Source: Promethearchaeia archaeon (GTDB taxonomy: Archaea > Asgardarchaeota > Lokiarchaeia > Sigyniarchaeales > SOKP01). Taken from it: a DNA stretch of 14,608 bases. Shown piece by piece: positions 7,304-14,608 of this stretch. Numbering within the stretch: position 1 is the first letter of the stretch; every line of letters begins with the position of its first letter. Made by a program: the position numbers and the translations under genes. The stretch spans positions 1 through 14,608 of the forward strand of contig JAHQWH010000220.1 in NCBI GenBank assembly GCA_029856105.1, read 5' to 3'. The notes below the pieces were generated by a model. The model did not search any database. It was not told where the DNA came from and worked only from the letters and a program-made list of their open reading frames with translations.

Positions 7304-8743
7304 ATGAAAGAAAATATCGAATTACCAGAAGAATTAGTTTCGGCAAAAACAAAATTAAGCTTCGGTATAGGGGGTTTAGCTAACGGCTTATTAAACATGC
7401 TGGTGTTCGGAAATCTTACTTTTTTCTATCAAATAAAACTTGGTGCAGATGCGGGCTTATTAATGATTGGTTGGTTGATATTTGCCATCTGGAACACGTT
7501 AAACGACCCAATTGCCTCTTACATTGTCGACAATACGAGAACTAAAATTGGTAGAAGGATCCCCTATATTCGATTCGGTTCAATTTTCTATGGATTAGCT
7601 TTCATATTCTGTTGGTTTCCGATATCTCCCTTGGATAACCAAATAGGCTTATTTATCAATTTTATAGCGGCTCTTTTTTTGTTAGACACGATGTATACGC
7701 TCGTTGGAGTGTGTTTCTTTTCGCTTCCTAACGAAATTGCTGTGACGGCTAAACAGCGCGCAAGTATTGGCGTATATAGTGGAATAATAGGTTTGATCAA
7801 TATAGTACTTGGCTTAGTCATACCTATTGTTTTACTTACTGGTCAAGAAGGAACTTATCCTTTGTTCGTACCTGTAATTTTAACAATTGGGCTTGGAAGT
7901 TCGTTGCTATTATTTATCACGTCTTTCGGAATCAAAGAAAACCTGTTTGCTCAGCTCCAAGAGCACGAAAAATTCATAGAAGGGTTGAAATTGACTTTAA
8001 AAAATAAGCCATTTTGGCTATTAATGATTCCCGCTTTTCTGCTTGGTATAATCTACCCTATTGTCTCAACGGGACTTCTCTACTATATTGATTATCTCAT
8101 ACCAGGGCAAGATCCGATTTACATGTTACTTGCCTTGATTATAGGAATTATCCTTGGAATGATTGTAAATTTGAAAAAAATCACAAAATGGCAGCCTAAA
8201 AAGACTATGATGATGGACGCATATTTAGTTACCGCAGGATTAGTTCTACTATTTATAATTGGATATAATTCAATGTTATTTGCAATTCCATTTCTATTTA
8301 TTGGAATAGGATACGCAGGTATGTCGATCGCCAATTTTGCATTAATGGGTGACGCAATTGACAACGACGAGCTCATAACAGGAAAACGGAGAGAAGCAAT
8401 TTACGGTGGAGTCAACGCAATTGTAACTAAACCCGCACTTTCCATCGCTAACGCACTGTTCTTGGCTATCATTGCCGGTTTTGGGTTTAAAGCTCCAATA
8501 ATAGTAGGAGGCGTAGATGTAAAACAAGCTCAAGATTCTATTGCTCTAAAAGGCATATTAATCGCATTTTGTATCGTCCCGGCAATTCTCTTGGTTTTAA
8601 GCGCTCTAAATCTACGATGGTACCCCTTGGATGGTCCTGAATGGCTAAAAAAGAAGAAGTACGTAATGGAACTTCACGAACAAAAGGAAAAAGAATACCT
8701 TAAATCCCTATCAGAAAAGTCCAAACCTAAAAAAACAGAATGA
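7304..8743 (+). CDS. MFS transporter, glycoside-pentoside-hexuronide (GPH/MelB-like) family
   Basis: Motifs WNTLNDPI...IVDNTRTKIGRRIPY and GDAIDNDELITGKRREAIYGG, with about 12 TM segments. ATG 7304 preferred over TTG 7298. Confidence 0.93.
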   Translation: MKENIELPEELVSAKTKLSFGIGGLANGLLNMLVFGNLTFFYQIKLGADAGLLMIGWLIFAIWNTLNDPIASYIVDNTRTKIGRRIPYIRFGSIFYGLAFIFCWFPISPLDNQIGLFINFIAALFLLDTMYTLVGVCFFSLPNEIAVTAKQRASIGVYSGIIGLINIVLGLVIPIVLLTGQEGTYPLFVPVILTIGLGSSLLLFITSFGIKENLFAQLQEHEKFIEGLKLTLKNKPFWLLMIPAFLLGIIYPIVSTGLLYYIDYLIPGQDPIYMLLALIIGIILGMIVNLKKITKWQPKKTMMMDAYLVTAGLVLLFIIGYNSMLFAIPFLFIGIGYAGMSIANFALMGDAIDNDELITGKRREAIYGGVNAIVTKPALSIANALFLAIIAGFGFKAPIIVGGVDVKQAQDSIALKGILIAFCIVPAILLVLSALNLRWYPLDGPEWLKKKKYVMELHEQKEKEYLKSLSEKSKPKKTE

Positions 8744-8816
8744 TTTGAGCTAATTTTACAATTTTTATTAGTATAATTCATATAAATTTTTTAAACTTTT
8801 TTTAATACGGTTTTAA

Positions 8817-8981
8817 TTCCGTTATCTTTAAACGGCTTCAAATTCCAAGAACATTAAAGATAAAGGAAGGGAACGATTTATTTGAGCAAAATACAAAAAC
8901 AGGGAGAGAATTAAACTCTTAGAGCTTAATAGAGGGCGAAATCCAATGTTAGCTCAAATTATCGCGTAAATTTCCCTTCTT
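8817..8981. other. Intergenic region with nested/overlapping inverted repeats; candidate structured RNA or degenerate element
   Basis: Pairings: 8822-8831 with 8854-8863 (10 bp perfect), 8866-8873 with 8972-8979 (8 bp), 8874-8877 with 8961-8964, and 8880-8887 with 8952-8959 (8 bp). Confidence 0.35.
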
Positions 8982-9216
8982 AATAATTGATCTACCGCGG
9001 TACTTTAAATAAATATGTATTATATTTTAAAGGATTAAAAATTTCTGAACAAAAAATTCGAATTAATTTTTGTTGTCCCTCGCGATCGTAATTTTAACAC
9101 AGCGTTAAGAAAATAAGCATTTTGTACACACGGTTATTCAAAATTTACACTCAAATAAACTATTTAATGGGTTTTCTTATAATTAATACTCTTATTAATA
9201 GTCTTTTTTTTCCCTT

Positions 9217-9237
9217 GAAAAAAGTAACTTTTATATA
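9217..9237 (+). promoter_or_regulatory. Candidate archaeal BRE/TATA promoter of the subtilase gene
   Basis: Purine-rich GAAAAAAGTAAC followed by TTTTATATA (9229-9237). An inverted repeat ATTAATA-ctct-TATTAAT lies at 9182-9199, just upstream. Confidence 0.45.
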
Positions 9238-9363
9238 TGAAACTTATCTTAATTTTTAATCACATAAGAAGTCTAGATAAAAATGTAAAAAATTTCAGAT
9301 TCTAATTATCGATTGACTTCTGATATCTAAAAAAAACCTAAAAAAATTTAAGTGATTAAAAAA

Positions 9364-12000
9364 ATGAAAATGAATAAAAAAAATAAACTACTATTTCTCT
9401 TCGTTGGAGTCACGGTTATAAGCTTGTTATTGGTACCAGTTATGGCTGCACCGAGCAGTAGAGTCGATAAAGTTAATTTAACTCGGGAAGATTCAAAAAT
9501 TTCTGCCTTTAATAAATTAGAATTCGGACCTCGCGAATTTTTTGCAGAAGGAGACTCGTTAGTTTCGGTAATAGTTGAAACTACTAATAATGATTATGAT
9601 TTGTTAACAACTCTAGTAGAATCCTTAGGAGGAATAATTAATATAGAATATAATAATATCAACGGAGTTTCTATGAATATACCTGCCAGCGCACTTTTAG
9701 CTTTAGCAGAAAGCCCACTAGTAGCTCGTGTATTTAAAGATGAATTTAAAGAGCTTAATGTCCTTAAAGAAGAAATAAATACTTATACGCTAATGGCAGA
9801 TGCAGACATTGTTGCTACTCCAATAAATTTAGAAGTATCTGAAGAATATCCATCAACTTATACAAATTCATATCTTACAGATGCTGAAGCTATCTGGGCC
9901 GAGACTGATGCTGGAGATGGAGTTAAGGTTGCAATTATAGATACAGGATGCTGGAACGAATCTTGGGAAGTTCCGGATGAACCTGGCAATATTCGCTATC
10001 CTTGGTACTGGGATGCTGTTTATGACGGGATAGACCTAAGTTATGATGTAGGTGACCCTGATTATGAAGGATATGGTAATCCAATGAATCATTACCATGG
10101 TACTGCTTGTGCAACGCTTGTTGCAGCAGCAGCAAAAATAACATTTAGTCCTGGTCATCCGTGGGGAACAGCAATAGCGACTCATGATCCTGATGGAACA
10201 GAGATCGATGATGAAGGGTATATTTCTACTCTATCTTATGGTATAGCACCAAATGCATCAATCTATGCTGTTAAAATCTTTGATCATACTGGTGCAGGTG
10301 TTCCATCTTCAATTGTTATGCAGGGTATCGATGCTGCGATTACTGAAGGCGTAGATGTAATAAGCATGAGTCTTGGTGGGGGCGTTGGAGCTCCTGGAGT
10401 AGACCCTTCAGATTTGCTGGTTGATGTGGCTACAGAAGAGGGTATTACTGTAGTTATTTCTGCTGGCAATGAAGGACCAGCTCCACTTAAAGTAGGTTCT
10501 CCAGGTACGGCAAAATCAGCTATAACTGTTGGTGCTGCGATGGACCCTATTCATGAACGTGTATTTGGTGATATTGCTATTGGTCCTGGTTATGGATATT
10601 ATTATTACCCTCATGAAGAAAAATTCATTGCTGACTTTAGTTCTCGAGGTCCTACTTCAGACGGACGAAACAAACCTGATGTGGTTGCTACAGGATCCTG
10701 GACGTTCTTTAGCGCAGCGCCTTCAGATTGGCCATCCACAATAAGATTAGGCGGAGGAACATCGTTCTCATGTCCACAAGTAGCTGGTGAGGCTGCATTA
10801 TTGATCGCCTATATAAAAAATGAAGGACTAGACCTTGATCCTTTAGATGTAAAGGAAGTAATTATGGAAGGTGCCACGCCATTAGAGGGATACGAAGCTT
10901 TCGAGCAAGGTGCTGGATATATCAATTGTTTTAACTCTTTAGAACTTATTAAAGAGATGGCAGAAGAGGAAGATAAGGATAAATGTTGCCATCGATGCAG
11001 ATGCAGATGGAATCATCATTTCGGATCTATGTGGTTCCCACCCCTCGAAATGCTTGATTTTGATGATGGCGTAGCTACGGTTAAAGATATTACCTTAGAA
11101 CCTGGATTGTTTGAGTATTTCAATTTTTGGATCAGCGAAGAAGTTGATTCTATAAAAATTACTCTATCTGATGTTAGTTTTGATGATAATCAAAATTTTG
11201 TTTTTGGAGGAGATGCTGGAGTAATATATCTTAGTACTGCCGTTCGAGAAGGAATTGATGATTACTACTTTGGAAGTCCCTCAGTGGGTCCCGAATTGAT
11301 TTTTGGTGATGCTGTATTTCAGATATCATCTGATGTTCATGTTCAACCAGGTGTAGTGCGATTAGTTCTTGGAGGCGATTTTTCCTCTTTTGGTAACGTA
11401 TATATCGGAGAGATGACCATTGAAGTAGTGAAAACCCAGGGATTTAAATGCGGGAGATGGGTAGGTATATTTAATTCTGGAGTTGATGTTGAAGAAGCTC
11501 AAGTTTCTCTTTACGAAGGAGGAGTTATAAAAGAACGTGGAAAAGTGAAAGAAGGTGAATACGATCTCTATTCATTTACTATCCCAGAATTAGGTCATGA
11601 ACAATTAGCAATTGTAGAACTTTCATGGTTCCGCGATTGGTCTAAATGGGCTACAAGTGACCTTGACATATTAATTTTTAAATTGTTTCCTGACGGCTAT
11701 GAATTAGTAAATGTTGACGGTGCTACAGGCAGATCTCCTGAATTTGTTCAATTAACTGAACCAGGTTCATATTTAATTATGATTGATGGTTATCAGGTTT
11801 ACTTCGACAAAAAAGAACGTTATTCGCTTGAAATTATGTATTTCTCGAGTATGATCTCTATTTGGGATTCTGAAATATTTGCTCTTGATAGCTGGATAAC
11901 ACTTATTAGAATGCCAAGACGAAAGCATGGATTAGCAGTCATATGGATTCATGATACCTTGTTTGGTTATAGGTATATGGGCGATATTATTAAAGTTTAA
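9364..12000 (+). CDS. Secreted S8 subtilisin-like serine protease with propeptide and two C-terminal PPC/jelly-roll-like domains
   Basis: Signal peptide (MNKKNKLLFLFVGVTVISLLLVPVMA) and an I9-like propeptide. Catalytic motifs VAIIDTG (Asp), HGTACA (His), SAGNEG (oxyanion Asn), FSSRGP..DGRNKPDV and GGTSFSCP (Ser). C-terminal 'VELSW...SDLDI...ATGRSPE...PGSYLIMIDGY'. The start could be GTG 9352, ATG 9364 or ATG 9370. Confidence 0.95.
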   Translation: MKMNKKNKLLFLFVGVTVISLLLVPVMAAPSSRVDKVNLTREDSKISAFNKLEFGPREFFAEGDSLVSVIVETTNNDYDLLTTLVESLGGIINIEYNNINGVSMNIPASALLALAESPLVARVFKDEFKELNVLKEEINTYTLMADADIVATPINLEVSEEYPSTYTNSYLTDAEAIWAETDAGDGVKVAIIDTGCWNESWEVPDEPGNIRYPWYWDAVYDGIDLSYDVGDPDYEGYGNPMNHYHGTACATLVAAAAKITFSPGHPWGTAIATHDPDGTEIDDEGYISTLSYGIAPNASIYAVKIFDHTGAGVPSSIVMQGIDAAITEGVDVISMSLGGGVGAPGVDPSDLLVDVATEEGITVVISAGNEGPAPLKVGSPGTAKSAITVGAAMDPIHERVFGDIAIGPGYGYYYYPHEEKFIADFSSRGPTSDGRNKPDVVATGSWTFFSAAPSDWPSTIRLGGGTSFSCPQVAGEAALLIAYIKNEGLDLDPLDVKEVIMEGATPLEGYEAFEQGAGYINCFNSLELIKEMAEEEDKDKCCHRCRCRWNHHFGSMWFPPLEMLDFDDGVATVKDITLEPGLFEYFNFWISEEVDSIKITLSDVSFDDNQNFVFGGDAGVIYLSTAVREGIDDYYFGSPSVGPELIFGDAVFQISSDVHVQPGVVRLVLGGDFSSFGNVYIGEMTIEVVKTQGFKCGRWVGIFNSGVDVEEAQVSLYEGGVIKERGKVKEGEYDLYSFTIPELGHEQLAIVELSWFRDWSKWATSDLDILIFKLFPDGYELVNVDGATGRSPEFVQLTEPGSYLIMIDGYQVYFDKKERYSLEIMYFSSMISIWDSEIFALDSWITLIRMPRRKHGLAVIWIHDTLFGYRYMGDIIKV

Positions 12001-12004
12001 TTAA

Positions 12005-12034
12005 AGGTTGATTTTAATTAACCTCTTTTTTTTT
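12005..12034 (+). terminator. Hairpin plus T9 terminator of the subtilase gene
   Basis: AGGTTGAT-ttta-ATTAACCT (8 bp with one G.U) followed by C and T9, 4 nt after the stop. Confidence 0.7.
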
Positions 12035-12059
12035 ATATAACATCTATACGATGAGTAAG

Positions 12060-12204
12060 TTAGGTAGAATTTAAAATTTCATATGAATTAATTCTCAGAA
12101 CTTCATTAGTGCTAATCAGAATACCTTTAGTGCAATAAACACAAATACCAGTATATTATGATGAAGATTTGCAGAATTTATCAATCAACATAAATTTTCG
12201 TCAT
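12060..12204 (-). pseudogene. Possible decayed small Cys-rich ORF
   Basis: ATG lies 2 nt after the MBL stop. Removing one base and ignoring one TAA gives MTKIYVDCKFCKSSS*YTGICVYCTKGILISTNEVLRINSYEILNST*. Confidence 0.2.
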
Positions 12205-12206
12205 AT

Positions 12207-13016
12207 CTACATTGTTTTAATAATTTCTGCAATTTTAATTTTTAACCCATCTTCTGCTGCAATTATCGTATTTATATCAGTCTTCTCTTTTAACTTTTCG
12301 ATTTGGCTTGGTATGAAATTTTTTGGGGAAAAAGGGCTGTCCATATAGCTTCCAAAATGAGTGATTAATAGCCCCTTAAGCGCGGGCTTAATTTTGTTTA
12401 AATAGGGTATCACTTCGTCAGTACATAAATGGCGACGACAAACTACGGAGTCTGGTCTAAGCAAATTCAGCACCAATATGTCAACTCCCGAGAATTGTTC
12501 GGAGAATCCTTCAAATACCCTCGTATCGCTGGAGAATGCGATCCTATAATCCTTCAGATTAATTTTCACCCCAAATCCTTCGACTTGAGAGTGTACGACT
12601 TTAGTACCGATTATTTCAGCTCCTTTGTAATTAAAAGCATCTCCAGCCTTGAAAGAAACGATCGTTTCGAGCATGTCTTGGTGATATTTGGGCACGAATT
12701 TTAACACCTCTTCGGTCGTTATCAGAGTTCCTTTTTTAAAATAATCGTAGTTTTTATCGTGAAGGCGTTCTCGAGAGGCTTCGATTATCGCGCACAAATC
12801 GTTAAAATGATCTATATGAATGTGAGTTACGATAAATAATTCTGTTTTCGTAGGGTCTTCGTTGTATTGATTGATCCGTACGATGGCTCCGGGTCCAGGG
12901 TCTATGTGCGTTTGAATTCCGTTGAATTTATACAAAATACCACCCGTAGCTCGATATTGAGTTCTGATGTGGTGCCGTCCACCTCCAGAACCTAGAATTA
13001 CTAATTCGTCGTCCAT
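12207..13016 (-). CDS. Metallo-beta-lactamase-fold hydrolase (RNase Z/PhnP-like archaeal family)
   Basis: Motifs ILGSGGG, IDPGPGA, THIHIDH (HxHxDH), VVHS, FSSDT, RHL and ITHFG. Confidence 0.9.
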   Translation of the reverse strand: MDDELVILGSGGGRHHIRTQYRATGGILYKFNGIQTHIDPGPGAIVRINQYNEDPTKTELFIVTHIHIDHFNDLCAIIEASRERLHDKNYDYFKKGTLITTEEVLKFVPKYHQDMLETIVSFKAGDAFNYKGAEIIGTKVVHSQVEGFGVKINLKDYRIAFSSDTRVFEGFSEQFSGVDILVLNLLRPDSVVCRRHLCTDEVIPYLNKIKPALKGLLITHFGSYMDSPFSPKNFIPSQIEKLKEKTDINTIIAAEDGLKIKIAEIIKTM

Positions 13017-13058
13017 AATTTAAAATTATAAAAATGAGTTAATAAGCAAAATTAAAGG

Positions 13059-13580
13059 TTAAAAATTTCTTTTTTTCATTAATTCTTCAACTAGAATATC
13101 AAATACTAAGTCTATATTATCGCCTGTTTTTGAGGAAGTTTTCACGAATTGGATCATATTAAACGCATTTTTTATACTATTGGCAGATTCGTCGTCGACA
13201 GCAATAGCTTCCTCAAGATCGCGTTTAGTTCCAATGAGAACTATGGGAAGGTCTAAATCGTGCATTCTGATAATATTTACCCAATTCAGAATATCGTTTA
13301 TTTTTGGCATTTTGGTTAAGTCAAAGAGTAAAAGCGCTCCTTTTGCGCCCATAATAAAGCTTTCGAGCAAGTGCCTAAAGCGTTTCTGACCACCTAAATC
13401 CCACAATTGAAGCGTACAGTTCCCTATATTTTCGTAGATTACCTGTTTTATGAAGAAATCAACTCCTACTGTTGCTATTGTAGACTCATCGAAAGTACCG
13501 TCTACATATCTTCGGAGTAGCGTAGTTTTACCGACTCCGCCATTTCCTCCCACAATTATCTTAAAAACATAGTTCTTCAA
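13059..13580 (-). CDS. Rab-like small GTPase (Ras superfamily; 173 aa from TTG 13580)
   Basis: G1 GNGGVGKT, G2/RabF1 TVGVDF, RabF2/G3 LQLWDLGGQ, RabF3-like RFRHLL, RabF5-like LLFDLT, G4 TKRD and G5 TSSKTG. No C-terminal Cys. The start was revised because GGTGA (13590-13586) lies 5 nt before TTG 13580. Confidence 0.93.
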   Translation of the reverse strand: MKNYVFKIIVGGNGGVGKTTLLRRYVDGTFDESTIATVGVDFFIKQVIYENIGNCTLQLWDLGGQKRFRHLLESFIMGAKGALLLFDLTKMPKINDILNWVNIIRMHDLDLPIVLIGTKRDLEEAIAVDDESANSIKNAFNMIQFVKTSSKTGDNIDLVFDILVEELMKKRNF

Positions 13581-13690
13581 AAACTTCACCGCGTTAAGCG
13601 CAATTTTGCATCTGGTATTTAAAATCAACCATATTATAATAAATAATAAGAATTTGTACTTTTATTTTATTATATCACATTTACATTCTT

Positions 13691-14608
13691 TCAAGATATC
13701 AATTCATTATTTAGTATATCGTCGATTTGTTTTAATATTAGAGACAAGTTCTTGAAAAGAGCCTTTTGTATTTTAATTTTAGAAACATTATTGTTGTTTT
13801 TTTCCAGTATGCCAATAGTAATTGATTTGGAGATCTTATGAGCTTTTTTCGCTAATTCCGCTAGTTTCAAATGATTTTTATCGGAATTGCCAAATTTTTT
13901 TATCGGAACTTCGAAAGGGATTTTAAAAATGTGTCTTGAGCTTTTTTTTATTTTAACTTGTTTTGTCATTAACGGCGAGTTTAGAATTGCTGATAAGTAA
14001 TAAGCTTCGTTTAGGTCGTCTGTTGAGTAAAAACTTAAATCTCCCGTTACAATAAAATCTCCTTGAACGACTGCTGCGTTGACAACTGATCCCGAATTGT
14101 TGTAAACTACTTTAATTTTGGATGTTTGCCTTTTATTTATTAACTTAGACCATCTGTTAAGGTTATCCATCAAGGATTCGTTTTTAGTCGTTTCTTTTTT
14201 ATAGTTCAAATAGATTCCGTTTATCTTATCGTAGAAAACCTTAGCCTTCTTTCCTAACGAGGAATAATCAAAACTTAGGTTCCCTCTATTTAGCGGTAAA
14301 AAGACGTCGTAATAACCGTAAACAAAGAATTTCACCAGCTCTGTGCTTTTGATTACTTTAAATGCGTATTCTTTTTCGACTAACTCGTCTTTAAATTCTA
14401 TATTATTCCAAGGTTCTTTTGCTCTCTTAAAAATTCGGATGTCTGGACTAATTTTTACCAGAGAGGTATCGTATTTTTCACAATTTATAAATATTAAATT
14501 CCTGGGATTTAAATCTGCCCCTTTATGGAAGAGCTTTTTGTATTCGCTTACTTTAATTGGAATTAGTTTTTTATAATCTTCTTCTGTGATCAATTTGTTA
14601 GTATAAGT
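13691..14608 (-). CDS. C-terminal (TaqI_C-like target recognition) part of an N6-adenine DNA methyltransferase / type IIG restriction-modification enzyme; 5'-truncated
   Basis: Frame is open to the window edge (TYTNKLITEEDY...). FHKGADLNPRNLIF and KVVYNNSGS..NAAVV...IV...EAYYLSAILNS..M...PIKKF....HLKLAELA match the specificity-domain pattern. The catalytic motifs lie outside the window. Confidence 0.7.
   Translation of the reverse strand, partial: TYTNKLITEEDYKKLIPIKVSEYKKLFHKGADLNPRNLIFINCEKYDTSLVKISPDIRIFKRAKEPWNNIEFKDELVEKEYAFKVIKSTELVKFFVYGYYDVFLPLNRGNLSFDYSSLGKKAKVFYDKINGIYLNYKKETTKNESLMDNLNRWSKLINKRQTSKIKVVYNNSGSVVNAAVVQGDFIVTGDLSFYSTDDLNEAYYLSAILNSPLMTKQVKIKKSSRHIFKIPFEVPIKKFGNSDKNHLKLAELAKKAHKISKSITIGILEKNNNNVSKIKIQKALFKNLSLILKQIDDILNNELIS

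Noticed and set aside
7588-8533. Three minus-strand ORFs (7588-7821, 8119-8376, 8342-8533)
   Set aside because: Antisense shadows inside the well-supported MFS gene.
8822-8863. Resemblance to SAM-I riboswitch ends (TTATC...AATTCC...AAAGATAA) or to a SECIS element
   Set aside because: Too short for SAM-I (no P2 kink-turn or P3 GCAAC core) and not upstream of a sulfur gene. There is no AUGA/GA quartet and no selenoprotein nearby.
8830-9012. Protein-like fragments in the intergenic region (e.g. KRLQIPRTLKIKEGNDLF)
   Set aside because: The frames checked have internal stops or lack a start, and no family could be recognised. A decayed gene cannot be excluded but is unsupported.
9935-10744. ORFs 9935-10144(-), 10284-10469(-) and 10529-10744(+)
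   Set aside because: Shadow or alternative-frame ORFs within the subtilase catalytic domain.
9700-10950. Higher GC in the subtilase core as a sign of horizontal transfer
   Set aside because: Largely explained by Gly/Ala/Pro-rich amino-acid composition. It cannot be supported without codon-usage statistics.
12158-12200. ATGATGA C-box-like motif (C/D box sRNA)
   Set aside because: No downstream CTGA D box at a suitable distance.
12429-14576. Plus-strand ORFs 12429-12704, 13180-13389 and 14343-14576
   Set aside because: Antisense shadows of the MBL, GTPase and methyltransferase genes.
1-14608. CRISPR array, tRNA/rRNA, transposase or integrase
   Set aside because: No regularly spaced repeats, cloverleaf or rRNA-like GC-rich tracts, or transposase/recombinase motifs were seen.

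Overview
AT-rich archaeal-type window, most consistent with an Asgard archaeon (Lokiarchaeia-like). This is inferred from a non-prenylated Rab-like GTPase, GGTGA/GGAGG ribosome-binding sites and the gene content. Left half: the 3' end of a membrane-protein gene, then an orphan hdrC-hdrB-like pair (no hdrA in the window). It converges on the methanogen-type homocysteine-synthesis operon (DUF39-CBS aspartate-semialdehyde sulfurtransferase plus NIL-ferredoxin), which is divergent from an EamA/DMT transporter and DUF3604 metallohydrolase pair. Right half: an unannotated 47-aa zinc-ribbon ORF, a GPH-family MFS transporter, a ~600-nt intergenic region with nested hairpins, a secreted multidomain S8 subtilase, an MBL-fold hydrolase, a Rab-like GTPase and the C-terminal part of an N6-adenine DNA methyltransferase/type IIG-like enzyme. 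The two most notable points are a possible HdrBC-coupled sulfur-assimilation module, and a NIL-ferredoxin frame with no canonical start for its NIL domain, at a junction reading GGAGGAG-TTG-ATG-TAA-T-ACG (non-AUG start, +1 recoding, or a point lesion/sequencing error). All family assignments come from motif recognition by eye; no searches were run.
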